DNA of 64,000 nucleotides from Thalia democratica (GCA_965202585.1 OZ241830.1:32984001-33048000), one strand, 5' to 3'; positions 1 to 13,996 are shown, counted from the stretch's first letter. Notes: generated by a model from the sequence alone, not told the origin. Numbers and translations: made by a program.

Positions 1-1066
1 TTAGAAACTGTGTAACATTTTTTTTCCTCTCTAAAAAAATAAACGATCTTAAATGTCTTAGGTTAAGTTTTTATGTGCTTATAACAACTTTATGCTCGTT
101 AAAAATTCATTTGTGTAAATTTCAAACAAGCTACGTCTCTAACTCAAAAAAAGTACTATAAAAAACAGTTTTTAAAATGAAATAAACTATAATTTAATTA
201 TTAAACAAACTAGCTGATAGTTTCAATGCATATAAGTACATACTTTTATTAGACTTAAAACACAAACACAAATTGCCTTTGATACAATAAGTTTCAAACT
301 CCTCTTAACCTCTATGACGTCATCACGCGCAACCCCTGGATTAGATTAAACCTTATAAAATTATATATGCATTTATCTAAAAGGTATACAACAAAAAAGA
401 ACATATTTTTAAAATTGTTAATAAAAGTTGCTTTTATCACTTAACATTTGTAAGCTGTTTGTTAAACCGAACAAACACTCAGAGCTTTATTAATGTTTTT
501 TGATATGTCGGCAATATAAGCTCGGACCGACGATGTTTATTCTGATAATTTCTGTTAGAATACTGCACAGGAAGTGATTTAACAGTGGTGTAAATGCGAT
601 TTTTCATAAAAGTGTAGGAAATTCTCGGAAAGTTGAAAAGTCACTATAATTTTTTAAATTTATTTTGTATTACTACAGTGGTTTTTGTTAATAATATATA
701 AATGAATAACTTTCTGTTTAGAAAAAAGTACTAACATTTTAATTTTTTAATTTTTAACATTTTATTAAAAAAAAAAACAATTTTTTACAAAATATTGAAA
801 AATCATGCATCATAATAATTAACTTCGAATGTAAAACTTGTGACTTTATTATTTTTTGATAAAGTATAGTGTTTTAAATTTAGTTAGTGTTATAGAAAAA
901 TTTAACATAGAATCTTATTAAAAAAAAACCTATGAAATACTGGATTTTTTGATGAAAAAACTACGATTATTTAAGCTAGTTAGATACAAACAACTTTCCA
1001 AAAAATACTATATGTTCTAAACCGATAAACATCATTTATACCAATCAACTTGTTTAAAACTTATAG

Positions 1067-1190
1067 CATATTTTGGCTCCAGTTACTGCTTGATGTTAAT
1101 GGTAATAAATCGTGGTGTAAAACACTGCATTCCAAATATGATTGTGATCAACCACTTTGGGTATGCGGCAAGGAAAATACCGGACAGTAG
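1067..1190 (+). CDS. Possible terminal coding exon of an unidentified upstream gene (IFWLQLLLDVNGNKSWCKTLHSKYDCDQPLWVCGKENTGQ*)
   Basis: TTATAG acceptor ends at 1066 and is followed by about 40 stop-free codons to TAG at 1188-1190. The stretch is GC-richer than its flanks and contains 3 Cys and 3 Trp. I found no matching upstream exon in the window. Confidence 0.25.
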
Positions 1191-3116
1191 CAGTCAATTG
1201 GCCCAATTTGTTTTACTTAAATGTTTTTTTGCGATTTATTTTATCAACTGTACTTCGTACAGCTTTTATTTCCATATAGCAGTTGCAACCTACTGAAAAT
1301 GTTTAAACCTATGACTTGTTACTATTTTAGTAAACTGTTAGAGAGTAACAAATGTAAACGTTTAACTTAAAAACGGCTTGCAAAATAAAACTATTTTTTG
1401 TGTTTTAAACAGTTTTATTTTTTAACTGCTCTCTTTAAAAATAAATTAAATGTAAATTTTAAAGTAAACAACAATTAGATTTTTGTTTATTTTTTTTTGC
1501 TCGGATTAATTTTACTTAAACTTTTTAAAGCATATGTAAGTGTCGGTAGTAGCAGCAGTTCAAATTGTCGCTAACTTTTTCAGACAGGTCCATTCGAAAC
1601 TTTCTTTTACAATAAATTATTCAATTAAATCTCTCTGTTACAAAATTGAAAAAAATGGTAACTGATAGAAAAAAATATTTTAACACATGGTCTTTTAAGT
1701 TATTTTGTTAATATAGATAAATAGCTTTTTATTCACCTTACACAGGTATATTTCGACAACGTTTATCAGTGTTTTTATAATTACAAAAATACTTAAACTT
1801 TAAAGTTTTATAGCCTCTAGTTATATAAAAATAAACAGTACTGTTGAATCAAACTAAAAACTAAGAAAAACTAAATAAAAAACATTTTAGCTACCCATAT
1901 ATATTAACTTTAAAAACATTTGTTTGCGGTTCTGTTAAATAACTAACTCATAAAAACCAGGTTTAAATTAATACTGTTTCCTAATTAAGGGTAGTTAATA
2001 TAGACTTTTTTTTAAGTTTAACTTTATTTTATTACACCGTCTAATTGCAGTGCAGCTCACCAGACACATCAAAAAAATTTTTTAAACTTTCTTTGCCAAC
2101 GATTGTTACTTCTGTTTTATATACTTTTTTACCCAAAAAATATTTTTTTATCCTCTACTATTTCAATTTGTGGTCTAATAAAGTTTTTAGGTAAGTTACA
2201 ATAATAAAAAAGAATACATAGTGTATGCACAAATTCAAATGTTTGGTTTAGATAATAAAGTATGGTATTGACATTATTGTTAGTTTGTTTTTATTTACCA
2301 TCAGTTTTGTCTAAACATTGTTTTGTTTGAAGTTTAAACATCTAGTTTGATGTCTTTCAAAACAGTTATGTATTAATTACAATATACTTAAATGCTTAGA
2401 AGAAATTACAATTCGGCCTGTTATTTTACAGATTATGCTGCAAAGAATGCAAATGAAAAATATCACAAAAACATTTTTGTCAAATGTATTTTTAGTATTC
2501 TTTCAAAAAAAAAGTTAAACAAAACTTAATCAAGGCTTACGCTTAGTAAAACTATTGTTTATTAAATTAATACTACCTTTTAAATCATTTTCAGTTTTAA
2601 CTAATTGTCATTTATAATATAATACTTGTTTTAGTGAGCCATAAAACTAAGACATATTTATAAAGAAAGCATTTATTTTGTTATCATAAAACTCAAAGAA
2701 ATTTAGCTTAGTCAGAACTAGAGCTACGTCAAAATAAACTCAGAAAATTCTTAATATTATAACTTTAAACTTAAAGTCAATGCTGCTTGCAGACGTTTGT
2801 TTTTACCATACAAAGGTTATACTTAAATAACATAAAACAGAACGATGTTTTATTTGTTGCCCTTGGAAAGTTAACATGTCTTTGAGCTCACGTTTACGGT
2901 TTCTAACACAAAGGTGTGTTGCATGAACTAAAACCTTAAAAAGTTCTTACGAGTTCGTTTTAAACAATTAGCTCAGCAGATAAAATTCCATACGGGTATG
3001 TGCTGCGAGAATTGATGCAAAAAATTGCTCTAATTTTGATATTAAAAAATGCGGAAAAACCTGTTGGCCTACTTAAGGCGGCCCTTGAGCTATATGGTAA
3101 TGTTGGACAGCTTTTG

Positions 3117-3124
3117 TATAAAAG
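3117..3124 (+). promoter_or_regulatory. TATA box of the Cys-rich small-protein gene
   Basis: TATAAAAG starts 39 nt upstream of an ATG (3156) that opens a signal-peptide-like sequence. Confidence 0.45.
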
Positions 3125-3155
3125 ACCAAAGCACACGCCAATTGCAAACACAAGT

Positions 3156-4381
3156 ATGAAGTTTGCCTGCGTAGCCGTTTCGATTCTTATTTGCTCCATC
3201 CTTGGAGTTGCCGAGTGCGAAATGTCTGAAGCCATGAAGTATGAATGTGCGTAAAAATGTAATAAAGACGTTTTGGAGATATGCGGTCCTTGGTGCAACG
3301 GTCAGTTGTTGTTGTTTTTCTTACAGGAACGTAGTTTGCTCAAAACTTATAAAGCCTTATTTTTGACAAAAAATCATGAGCGAAGTGCCTATGCCAAGTT
3401 TTGAGGTAGGTAATACGTCAGCTGTTTTAATTCTAATCAAAAGTTTTGTTTAAGTAGTAGGTATAAAACACATTGACTAAAACATGAAAAATAGATAGTA
3501 CTAAACAAAGTTTTTAACTTTTCGTATTTTCTGTCTTGTTTTGCTTTAAGTTTAGTTTTGATATAAAAATTTATGGCAATTGATTCATATTTTTTCCTTT
3601 TCGCTTTTCTTGTTTAGTGATTCAATCCTATCTGTTTTATTTATTTAGATTTTTTCTAAGTTACAAGTTCTAACTAACGTTCAATTTAATTTTCTTATGA
3701 CGTCATAATGTGTTGCCTCTGAAGTAGAGTAGGCTAAAAACAGGTAAATGTTTTAAAAAGACAAAAAATAATATAGTTTTATTCTAAAAGTGCTAGACAA
3801 CTTAATACTTTTTAAGACTTTGTATAGTAGTATAATTGTAGCTTATTTTACAGTACATATTAAATATATTTCAGTTTAAGCACTTTAGAGAGTAGTTTTT
3901 ACCTACTTTTTATTAGAAGATTTTATAGTAAAAAATAAAACAGAAGACTTTAAATGTGTTCATTTAATGTTTGAAAACACAAAAGTAAAAGTAGACTACT
4001 TTTCTTTAAACCTAAACTTGAGTTTAAAAAACAGATTAAATTTTGTATAGACATTTATACTAATTTTTTTTCGCTTGAAACATTAAAACCAGGTTAAATT
4101 TTTACCGACATGTTAGTCAAAAAATAAAACTACTTAATGTTAACAGGCAGCATTAAAACAGACACAACTTAAAACCTAAATACGTACATAAACTTTCCAG
4201 AAAAAGACTAGACGTTCTAAATAAATTAAAAAAAACGTCAACAGGTTATGGAATATATGATGTAGAAGGTAAGGAACAAGGACATTATAGTAACTGCATG
4301 CAGTGCATTCGTAATCCAGCAAACAATCAAATTAACCGCTGTACCCCGACTTGCCACGAGTTTTATACTAGATACTGCTAA
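3156..4381 (+). pseudogene. Two-exon secreted cysteine-rich small protein with one in-frame TAA (null allele, pseudogene or sequencing error)
   Basis: Exon 1 (3156-3300) reads MKFACVAVSILICSILGVAEC EMSEAMKYECA*KCNKDVLEICGPWCN and ends at a phase-1 donor, G|GTCAGT. Exon 2 (4245-4381) follows CAACAG in the matching phase and reads (G)YGIYDVEGKEQGHYSNCMQCIRNPANNQINRCTPTCHEFYTRYC*. AATAAA sits at about 4383. Confidence 0.55.
3695..3708. promoter_or_regulatory. Perfect 14-bp palindrome containing a CRE (TTATGACGTCATAA); another TGACGTCA lies at 315-322
   Basis: Motif match only. It lies in the intron of the Cys-rich gene. Confidence 0.25.
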
Positions 4382-6083
4382 AAATAAATTACTCGGTGGA
4401 GTAAGATATACTTTTGCCTTTTTAAACTTTACTGCATACAGCTCTTCTATGGAACAATAATTGTATATATTGAAACCAAAGTTTTAAACGTATGAACTAT
4501 TACTTTTAACAGCTAAATGTTAAAGAGTAACCCTAACGTGTTTATAATTTTATTTAAATAAATTATCTTCCAGTCAATAAAAACTTCATTAGTGTTTTTT
4601 TGTAAATAAACCAACAATAGTCATTTTATTCTTTTGCTTTTTCGAGGTATTTTCAGAATAAAAGTAAATCAATGTACGTATATGTTTTTATTTAACTTAA
4701 GTTATGATAGAGAAAACAGTCTTATAACTGGTTATAAATGCATCTGTACTACTAAAGTAAGAATTTATACATTGATTTTTTGTTAAAATTAAAAACAGTC
4801 TAAATTTAAATTGAAAGAGACAATTATTTGACCAAAAAGTATCTTTTTTTTAAGATATAAATTTTATACGATAAACTGTTTGAACAAAAAATCTTTAAAT
4901 TTACGATTTCATTCGTAAAACTACTTTTAAATGTTGCTTTTAAAACAAGCTAAAATTTTACAACAAACATCTTAAACCAATTGTTTATAATAAAATAATT
5001 CTTTTTATACAAACAATAATATTTTATCTAAATTTTTTGTTTTATAGTGAAATACTTTAGTAAGATTACGTTAAATTTTAGATTTTAATATGTGCAAATA
5101 TTTAAAAACTATTCAGCTTAAAACTTTGTAGAAAATAATGATACGTTAAATGAAATTAACTTAATTATCTGTTGAGTTTTCTTAATAAACTATTTTTGCC
5201 AAAGTTGCCCGTGACATTTTTTTTTAAACTTTAATAACTTTGTTTATACAGAATTTCATTTTAAAACAATATTTTATACTACCATACAACTTAAGTTATA
5301 GTTGATTTGTTAGTAAAACATAAAATATTGAAAATATCATTTAAAATGTAGTACATTTTTTAAAATAAATACACTAAAATTCTAAAAAAACTAACTAATT
5401 TTAAAACCATATAAAATAAAAACAAAAAAAAAATTCGTGCTGTATAGAAAACATTTAGTTAAAAATTATATTTTCTAAGATACAGAAATACCGTTTTAAC
5501 TTGATAAAGATAAATTTTACAAAAACTATGTTTACTACTGGGAAGTTTAAGGTTCATATATAAATATTTTAACATTGCTTTTTCTGGTAGTGATTTTTTC
5601 GTAATATTTTTGAGGCAGTCAAACTTTTTGACCGTTTAAATTCCTTTTTAAAAGTGCTTGTCTGAAAGTTTTTGTAAATTAATCTTATGAAGTATATTTG
5701 TTGCCTAAAATCGCATTGTATATTTTCACAAGTTTAATATAGAAATCCGCTTTTTCGCTTATTTATATCCACAAATGTGCATAAAAAAAGACTCTGGGTA
5801 ACATTAAATTAAGTATTTTACACACAAAACAAAAATAAGTAGTACATAGTGTTTTTAATTTTTTTTTATCACAATAAGATTGTTATTACAATACAGCAAA
5901 AAAAAAAAAAGAAAGAACTCTTAAAAGTTTAACTATTGTAAAACTATTTACTAAGCCTAGTTTTTTGTAAAAAGCAAATCATACAAATGAAACAAAAAAA
6001 AAACAAAATAATCACAAGTTTATCTCAACAGTGTTCAAAAGTCGTATGCAATTGTACTTGTAGAAAATCCTCAATCAAAACAG

Positions 6084-9000
6084 CTACATGTACGGGATCT
6101 CGGGACCCTCGAGATCCCCGTGAGCCTTCTTCCTCAGCAACGACGTTTTGCACGGTCCGCTGATCAGGGAGCTGTCGATGTGGTCTTCGGACGGCTTCTC
6201 CTTCCACGCCGCTGATATCTGTTGTTTGTTTCAATACACGTTTTATTTATGTAGATTGTAATAGAGCGATTTTATATAGCTCTGTTATGAGTCCGCTTTT
6301 TTTACAAATTACACGTTTACTGATGACTATGTTTATTGTAAATTGTTTTAAGACGGTTGTAATAAATATAATGTTTATTATAACAGTAGTATATACTTTG
6401 TTGTTATAATTAACATACTAACAGTTTAACCTGTTTCTACTGTACTACGATTTCGTAACAAAAAATGTTAAATAAATGTAAGATTTGAAAAAATATTCAA
6501 GACACTTAATTTTAATTGTATTTTTATCTTTCCAAACACAAAAATAGAATTTTCGCTAAAAGTAAATATTACTTTTATCGTTTAAAACAACTTATAAACT
6601 TTGATAAATTATTCTGGTTACCTATCTTTTCAAATATAGTTTAATTCTACGAGCTTTTTAAGATTGAAGGATTTTTAAGATTTCGAAACAAATTAGTTAA
6701 TTTACTAAATGAAGCCACCAGGATTCAAACCTCTTCATTTCTCCTCATCACCCTCTTGATGTTCCTCCCGGACACTTTTTGAACCTCTTCCTTGTTCCAA
6801 CCCCTCATCAGGAGTTCCGCTATCAGCTGCGGATACTTGGAAACATCCTCCAAACCTTCCGGTGTGCTGAAAAGTTTTAGTTGTAGTTTTTTGTTGGTTA
6901 GCTGAAAAATACTAGTTTTGTGTTGAAGTAGGGTTGAGAGAATTTTATTTTCTTAAAACTATTATTTCAAATGTTCGCACATAAAAGAAAATAATCAAGC
7001 TTTAACATATTTATAGTGTTATGTAGCCTATCTAGGTTAAAAGTCTATTTAGGTTATTTAGTTTAAACACTTATCTAGACTTAACAGTTAGACCAATGAT
7101 ATCCATTGTTGAATTAAAACAAACTTTAGTGTTAATCTACTAAATAATACCTAGAAAAAGCAGCTGCCAGCACAAGTTGTACGTGTACAAACAAAAATCT
7201 AAACAAAATAAGTAAATAAAAGAATCGAAAATTACATACGATCCGACACCATCGTAATCTCCACCGATGCCAATATAATCAACACCAATGAGGTTCTTTA
7301 CGTAATCGAAATGGTCTGAAATATTACTTTGTACATCAAATTGTCGAATTAGTTTATACAATACATTCGTTTAGTTAGGATACATTAAATCAATAACTAT
7401 CTGTTTTATTAAGTTAAATTTTGTATTAGTAAATAATTTGTATAAGTAAAATAAACTAATACTTTGCCTTGAAAGGTTTCTACACTTACTTCTAAGCCAT
7501 TGATATTATGAGAATTAGCAAGAAATTACAAAACAAGACTTATCTTAAAACTTATCGGCTTAAACTTGAACGTAGAAATTACTTTATTGAATTCATTTAT
7601 ACTATATACTTCAGTTTAAAGTTGTTATTTCTTGTTTACATCTAAGGGTGATGATTTTAGTTTTTTTAAACTAAAAAACTAACTAACAAACAAAAAAACC
7701 TAATATTTATGTTTTCAATGTACTCAAATTGTATGTAATGGTCATTGTTGTTGGAAGCTATATATTCTATTTTATAAGATGTATTTAAGCTATAAGACAT
7801 AATAAAGCTTGACGACATAAAAAAGTTTTAAATAAAAATAATAACTATCATTAGTTGGTTTTGCAAGTTTTTTAAAAAGTTATAAATAAAGTTTATAGAA
7901 ACTAATTGTTTTAACCTGCAACTTCGGCAAGAGTTGCATTTTCATTGCAAGAGATGTAATAATTGTAAAAATTTATCATCAAAACTCCTTCGTTTTCTTT
8001 CTGAATTTTGATTAATTTATCTTTGTAATAATCGTACTTAAATACATTACATCACAAACTTTTCTACAGAAAAATAGCAAAACTGTTTAAAAGCATGTAT
8101 TAACAAGTTTAAAGTGAAAATACAAATACTTACTTTTATAAAAAATGTTTTTTTTTGTTTAAAATATACTATGACTGGGTTATAAAAAGTAATTAGTATT
8201 ACGTTTTGCTTTGTGAGCAATATAAGTTACATTTATTCTGTAACAAAGTGATATCAAGGCTCAAGCTATTTAGCCATATATCCAACAATTAAGTTCACGA
8301 AATATTTTTATAAGTTAAAACTGTTTAAACTTTTGCATTTATACACATTGAGTTTTTAGTTAAAATCTGTACATTTATGGTAGTAAATTCAATTTTGTAA
8401 AAAACAAAATCTAAAACCATTAAAAAAAAACTTACAATTTTGACAGTTTATAAAGGTTATTAAACCCAATTGTTAGCGTTTATTCACCATTTGATTATTA
8501 AAAACTCAAACTTATATAAGAAATATTCAAAAAAAAAACGAAGTAATTTGAAGTAAAAAAGTTTTAACAACTTCAACTTCCCACTGACCAGTTTGAGCAG
8601 TATGTGGTCCGGCACGTTCCTGCCCGACCCGCACTCAGACCTGGCGGAGGAGTGGCTGTAGATGACGGGTGACACCGAAACCTCCAGCGCGTCCAGCATG
8701 GTCTGGTCGGACACGTGTGACAAGTCAACCAGCATTCCCAGCCTGTTCATTTCCAACACCACTTCCTGTGAAAAAAAAGTGTTTGTTTTTTGCATAAACG
8801 AATACAGAATATTTACCTTTGTGTTTATGTGTATGATGCAATGTTCATTTTCAATACCACTACATGAGAAGGTTTGTTGTGTGAAAAAAAAATTATTCTT
8901 ATTTTATCATAAAAAATTAAAAAAGAGTTAACTTTTTGTTTATGTGTATCATGAATTTTTTCTGTCTGGAACATAACTAATGGCCGTTGTAAATATTTAC

Positions 9001-12000
9001 TTAGTCTTTGTAAAAACTTTATCAATACTATTTTTATGACTGGAAAAAAAAAATTAGTTTGAACAGTTTTTAAAGAGGGGGAAAATTGTTTTGTTAAATT
9101 CAAAACAAACAATAAAACAAAACTAATAAATAATAGAATAATGTTTCAACACTACATTGAAAGCTGAATGTAAATAACCTATTAAAAACTATTCCGTGAA
9201 ATAGAAAAAAGTGTATATGAAACTTAAAACCTTAAAAATAAAATAATTAAAAATATTTAGTTTTAAAATAAATTTTAAATTTTTTAGTGTACTCTTTTTT
9301 AGTTTTTGTCAGACTTAGAAAATATCATTTTCTAGAAACTTGTCTTAATATAAATTAACATTTTAAATAGGTTAAGTGTTAAAAATTAAATATAACAAAA
9401 CAGTTTTGTATAAATATTTTGAAGATTTATATATTGTTAAACTGATTTATATATTTTTTGTATTTTGAAGTAAATATTAAATCAGCCTTATAGAATAATA
9501 CAATTTAGTTTGAGTATTATTAAAACAACCAACTTTTCCAAAAGATGTGAGGCCTTGAGTAGGGTTGTCGGTGTTCCAAGCAGTCGCCCTGGAAAATTTA
9601 AATAAATAAGGTTTAAACTTAATTAGAATTTGATTAACGAAGTAAATTTGTTGAAATATAAAAAAATAAGTTTTAGTCTATCAACTTTCATATGCTCTTT
9701 GTTTTTTACCTTTTTTACTAAAATAAAAAGTATGTATATTTTTAAATATTTAAATACACTTTAATTAAACTATTTAAATTTTTTTTATTAAGTTTTAATT
9801 TGTTATCTACAGCTATTAATTAAATGTATCAAAACTTTGTTCAAAGTCTCGTAGAATAGTTTTTTATTATTTGTTGCTCCTTAAATTTAGTGGCAAATTT
9901 AGCAATCTTTTTATATTGCTTGTAATCTATAATCAGTTCTAAAACAATAAATCTTTGACTTCTATTAGTTAGTGTTCTCAAACTATTTTCCACGGAAAAG
10001 TTCTGCGCGTCCAAACTGTTAGTACGTCCATTTACAAAACATTGAGTATTTCATACTTTGATAAATCATATTCTTATAGATAACAAATTTAAAACCATGG
10101 AATATCGCAGGAATGCGTCAACGTCATGTATCTCGCTCCTAGTAAATAAAACATCCGCAAGGTGGCCAGTGAGCTGTCGATCATGTGACCTCCCTCTACG
10201 CCAATCGTTGAAGCGATCTTTCCGCGTGACTGCGCTTCTTCTATTTCTATTAAGAAAAAATTGTATAGTGCAGTAAATAAAAATTTAGATGACTTATACA
10301 ATTTAAAAACACCTTATATTAAAACTAACCCATGTTAGGTTCATAAAAACCTTTACTTTTGACTATGCTGATACATTTTAAGAAGATTTACCTCTGTAAC
10401 TTACCCTTAACTTACATAAAACAAAACAAAGTTATCAGCCAACCTTTAACGTTGGTGACGAAAACGAGATCGTCAGGATAATAATCGATGAACCTCCTGA
10501 TCGTGTCAAACTGCTCCAAACTTTGACGGATCGCATCTTTTCCCGATGAACTGCATGTCCCGTAGCAGGCCCAAAACTTTATTACAATATCAAATAAAAG
10601 CTAATCCATTAAAAATGAATACTTTATGCTGACGAGTAACTACTATATGGTGAAACAATGCTTAAAAGTATAGAGGCTTAACATTGGTAAATTAGCATTA
10701 AACTATATAGTTTAAAGCAAATCACAACTTAATTTGTTTATACGTTGTTATTATACTAAAAAAAATTCGTTTGATAAAGTTTTAATTATGGTAAAAAGTT
10801 TTGTAATTGAGGTAAACATTGACTTTTTTCTAACCTGCGCACCGACCCTGCCTTCCCTAAGTCTGGGTATGTCTGTGTGAGCCGGACCGCCGTACACCTG
10901 TGACAGGTCCTGATCGAGGTCGACATCGTTGAACTTGTTGTCCAGTTGTCCTCTCAACTGCCACGCCCAGTCGTTGTGACTGTCATTTTTAAATGATATA
11001 TAAATGTTTGTTTTGATAATTTGAGTACATTTTACACTATTTTAATCCTTGTATGGTGTTTTTAGAAAGATATGTGTTTATTTTTTCATATATAGCTTCT
11101 ACTTTCGTTTAATATTGTATATGAAAAATTAGTAAGATAAACTATGCTAAAAATATAAACTATATTGTTTTTGTATATTATAAGGCAAGCAGCATCCTAA
11201 ATAAAATTTTTAAGTACTTTTCTAAAACTAATTAAAATAAAAAGGCTAATGATTAAAATATATTAATTATCGTAACTATATATTAGTTAAAAGAAAAACA
11301 CAACTGTGAATAAAATTTAGCTATAAAGGGTGATTTTGTGTATTAATGATATTATTATAAAAAAGTTTAAGCCGATAAAAAGTCATGTTAAAGCCTTACA
11401 AATCATTCTATGATAACAATTTAAATTTTTTTCTCTTTGCCGATTGACAATATGACGTAGTTATGTTTTATTCATAACAGATATAAAAATTGCAAAATTT
11501 TCGTAATCAACACAAAAAGTTAAGACCTGATTGCAGACATATTAAAAAAAGCCAGATTTTTTTATGTTTACTAACCCATCAAATATAGGTTCTTCGTCCA
11601 GATAAGCATTAGCAGCACTCAGGTAATTGCCCTCCCCGGAGAGCGGTATCACTATTGCCAGTGATATCGACAATGCCACCGCTATGCTTACTGTTGATTT
11701 ATAAAAAGTTTTTTTATGTTGTTACATTTAAAAAAGTATTAAAAAATTGAAGATCGGCCTTTTAGTTTTGTATTTGTACCAAATGAAACTAAAAGGCCGA
11801 TTTTAAATTTTCTTAAATTATTATGAAATTTATTATTATTATATGATGATATGTTTTTTTAATGGTTACAAAAATAAAAAAACAGTTTAAACAGAAAATA
11901 TGTATACTACACAATTTTTATAAAATAATACATTTCATAAACACAGTAAGTATAATAAACAAAAGTGATTTTTAAACTAACACAAAATTGTTTTAGCTAA

Positions 12001-12266
12001 AGAATTAGATAGTGTTTATTATTCTTATCTTAATTCAATTTACTTGAAGTGATAATTGATTCATTTAATAAAATCCTTCGATACAAACGTATAAAATACG
12101 ATACTGATGAGTAAGAAATTAATTAATTTTTTTTTTAAAGTTTATTTAGTCATGCATTTGTACTTACATGTTTTAATTTTATGCATACATTGTTAGATTA
12201 GGCAACTAATTCTAAAACGTATAGTAGGAACTTACCAAACCCAAAAACTAAAACTTTAGTTTGCAT
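6084..12266 (-). CDS. DPEP1: Membrane dipeptidase (peptidase family M19, renal dipeptidase/DPEP-like), 11 exons, 412 aa, intact
   Basis: Exons on the minus strand: 12236-12266, 11576-11690, 10835-10979, 10444-10576, 10096-10246, 9534-9588, 8589-8765, 7916-8000, 7240-7315, 6731-6866, 6084-6218. They total 1239 nt, are all GT-AG and stay in phase. Family motifs present: [63 protein letters not shown] and the C-terminal GPCKT. The symbol denotes family similarity, not one-to-one orthology. Confidence 0.95.
11744..11810. other. Near-perfect inverted repeat (hairpin) in DPEP intron 1
   Basis: ATCGGCCTTTTAGTTT (11753-11768) and AAACTAAAAGGCCGAT (11786-11801) are exact reverse complements. An inner ATTTG/CAAAT pair and about 9 more imperfect outer pairs extend the stem. 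Confidence 0.7.
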
Positions 12267-13996
12267 TTCTTTGTAGATTTGTTAACTGTATAAAAAATCA
12301 ATACTAATAAATTAAAAATATACAAACTTTATAAGTTTTATAAGTTTTCAGTACGAAATAGTTTCTTAACTACTTTTTTTTCTCACAAAACTAAAATTAA
12401 TGCACTTTTAACTTAAATTCAATGCCTTTTAAATACTTTTTTAATGTTTTACTTAATAAAACCAACATGTATTGTCTTTGTTAATGTTTAAAAGCTCTAA
12501 ATAACAAAACTGTTACATGTTCGGTTTAAATGTTTTAAAGTTTTGTTATATGAAAGAAACTTATGATCACAAATAAACTGGTTAATAATTTAAATTAAAA
12601 ATATTTGTTTTCAACGTTTAAACGAAAATATTTGCTTAATTACATGAAAGACAAATAAAAAATCTCCTACTTAAATAAATAGTGTATAATAGATAACAAT
12701 ACTTTTGTTAAAACTTCAAAGTATTCAACAGGTGTTAGAATATTATTTTGATAAATGCGAATTTATATAAAGGTTTGTTTATTTTGCACTTTCTATACAT
12801 TATCTTTTGTTGGTAAAACAAAAAAACTCATTGTTGTCTGAATTAAAAAAAACCTGCTATGTATTATTTGGACTTCGCTAACACTTTTGTTAAGGTTATA
12901 CTTAAGCAATTTTTGTGTTTTTTTGCTCAATGTACTAATTTGATAAGTTTTTTTTTGTTGACTTTTTTAAAATTATTAGTATTAAAATTCTTCTTAAAAT
13001 ATATTTCTTTATAACTTTAGCATTTAAAACTAGCGACCTAAACAAAATTAACTTCATAAAACTAAGTGTTTTTGTTTTATAAGCTTTAGTTTAGTAAGTC
13101 TGTAAGATTTTGACAAACTAAGCAAACAAACTTGGTGAAACAATTTCGGCGCTCTCAAAATTAAACATATGGCCAAATTTATTTTACTTAAATACATAGT
13201 TAAACAAAACTACCTTTAATTTAAATCGATGAACTTGAAGTTAATAGTTTGACTGTTGTCGAAATATTAAGCATTTTAAATAAAATTAATAATAATTTTG
13301 AAAGTTATAACATTTTCAAAACTAACAATTATTGAATGGTAATTGTCGTTGTTCGAAGTTCTATAATAAAGTACCAAAATTTTCTTTAAAAAAAAAATAA
13401 TTAAATCTTAACGTATTTGAAAAAATATTTCTTAAAAGTTTTAAGTATTTATTCGCAAAGTAATTTCATAATCATACGGCTGAATAAAGTTATATATCAA
13501 ACGAATTTTCATTTTAAAAGCTTATTTATTTAATTCTAACGCTTACTATTTTGTTTTTGTTTCCTTTTAATTTAAATAAAGAAACATTTCATAGTTGATT
13601 AACAATTTTTTTTTCTACTTGTTTTTAAATCAAATATCAAAACAATTCTATGAACTACAAATTATGAAAAAAAAAACATAAAAACATGCATCTTAGTTTT
13701 ATATATTTTAATTTATGTAACCTAAAATCTCATAAGCAAAACTAACATGCTGTTATTATCATGTTGTAAACGTTAATTGGTGAACTTATAACACAGTTTC
13801 ATACTTAAGTACCAAAGCTATTAATCTGAAAAAAAGTGGAGTGCAGGACTATCGGTGGGTTAAGGAGGCAAGCATGAAATGTTATCAAGGCACGTTTGAA
13901 AAATGTTTTGTAAAATTCGACTTATAATTATTTTTAAGTTTAAATTATATGTCTTATTTAGATACTAAATTACTAATTAAGTCGTTTTATACACAG

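Noticed and set aside
2960-3298. 112-aa minus-strand ORF
   Set aside because: It is the antisense shadow of the GC-richer plus-strand promoter and signal-peptide exon, with no splice or homology support.
3327-3405. Exon-like segment (CAG...ATG AGC GAA GTG CCT ATG CCA AGT TTT GAG|GTAGGT)
   Set aside because: Including it would need a 26-nt intron and would create a stop. As a separate first exon (phase 0) it hits a stop after six codons in the 4245 exon.
6025-6234. ORF-track peptide as the DPEP last exon
   Set aside because: Wrong frame. The phase-0 frame from the acceptor at 6218 gives the family-typical EDHI...GPCKT and stops at 6084.
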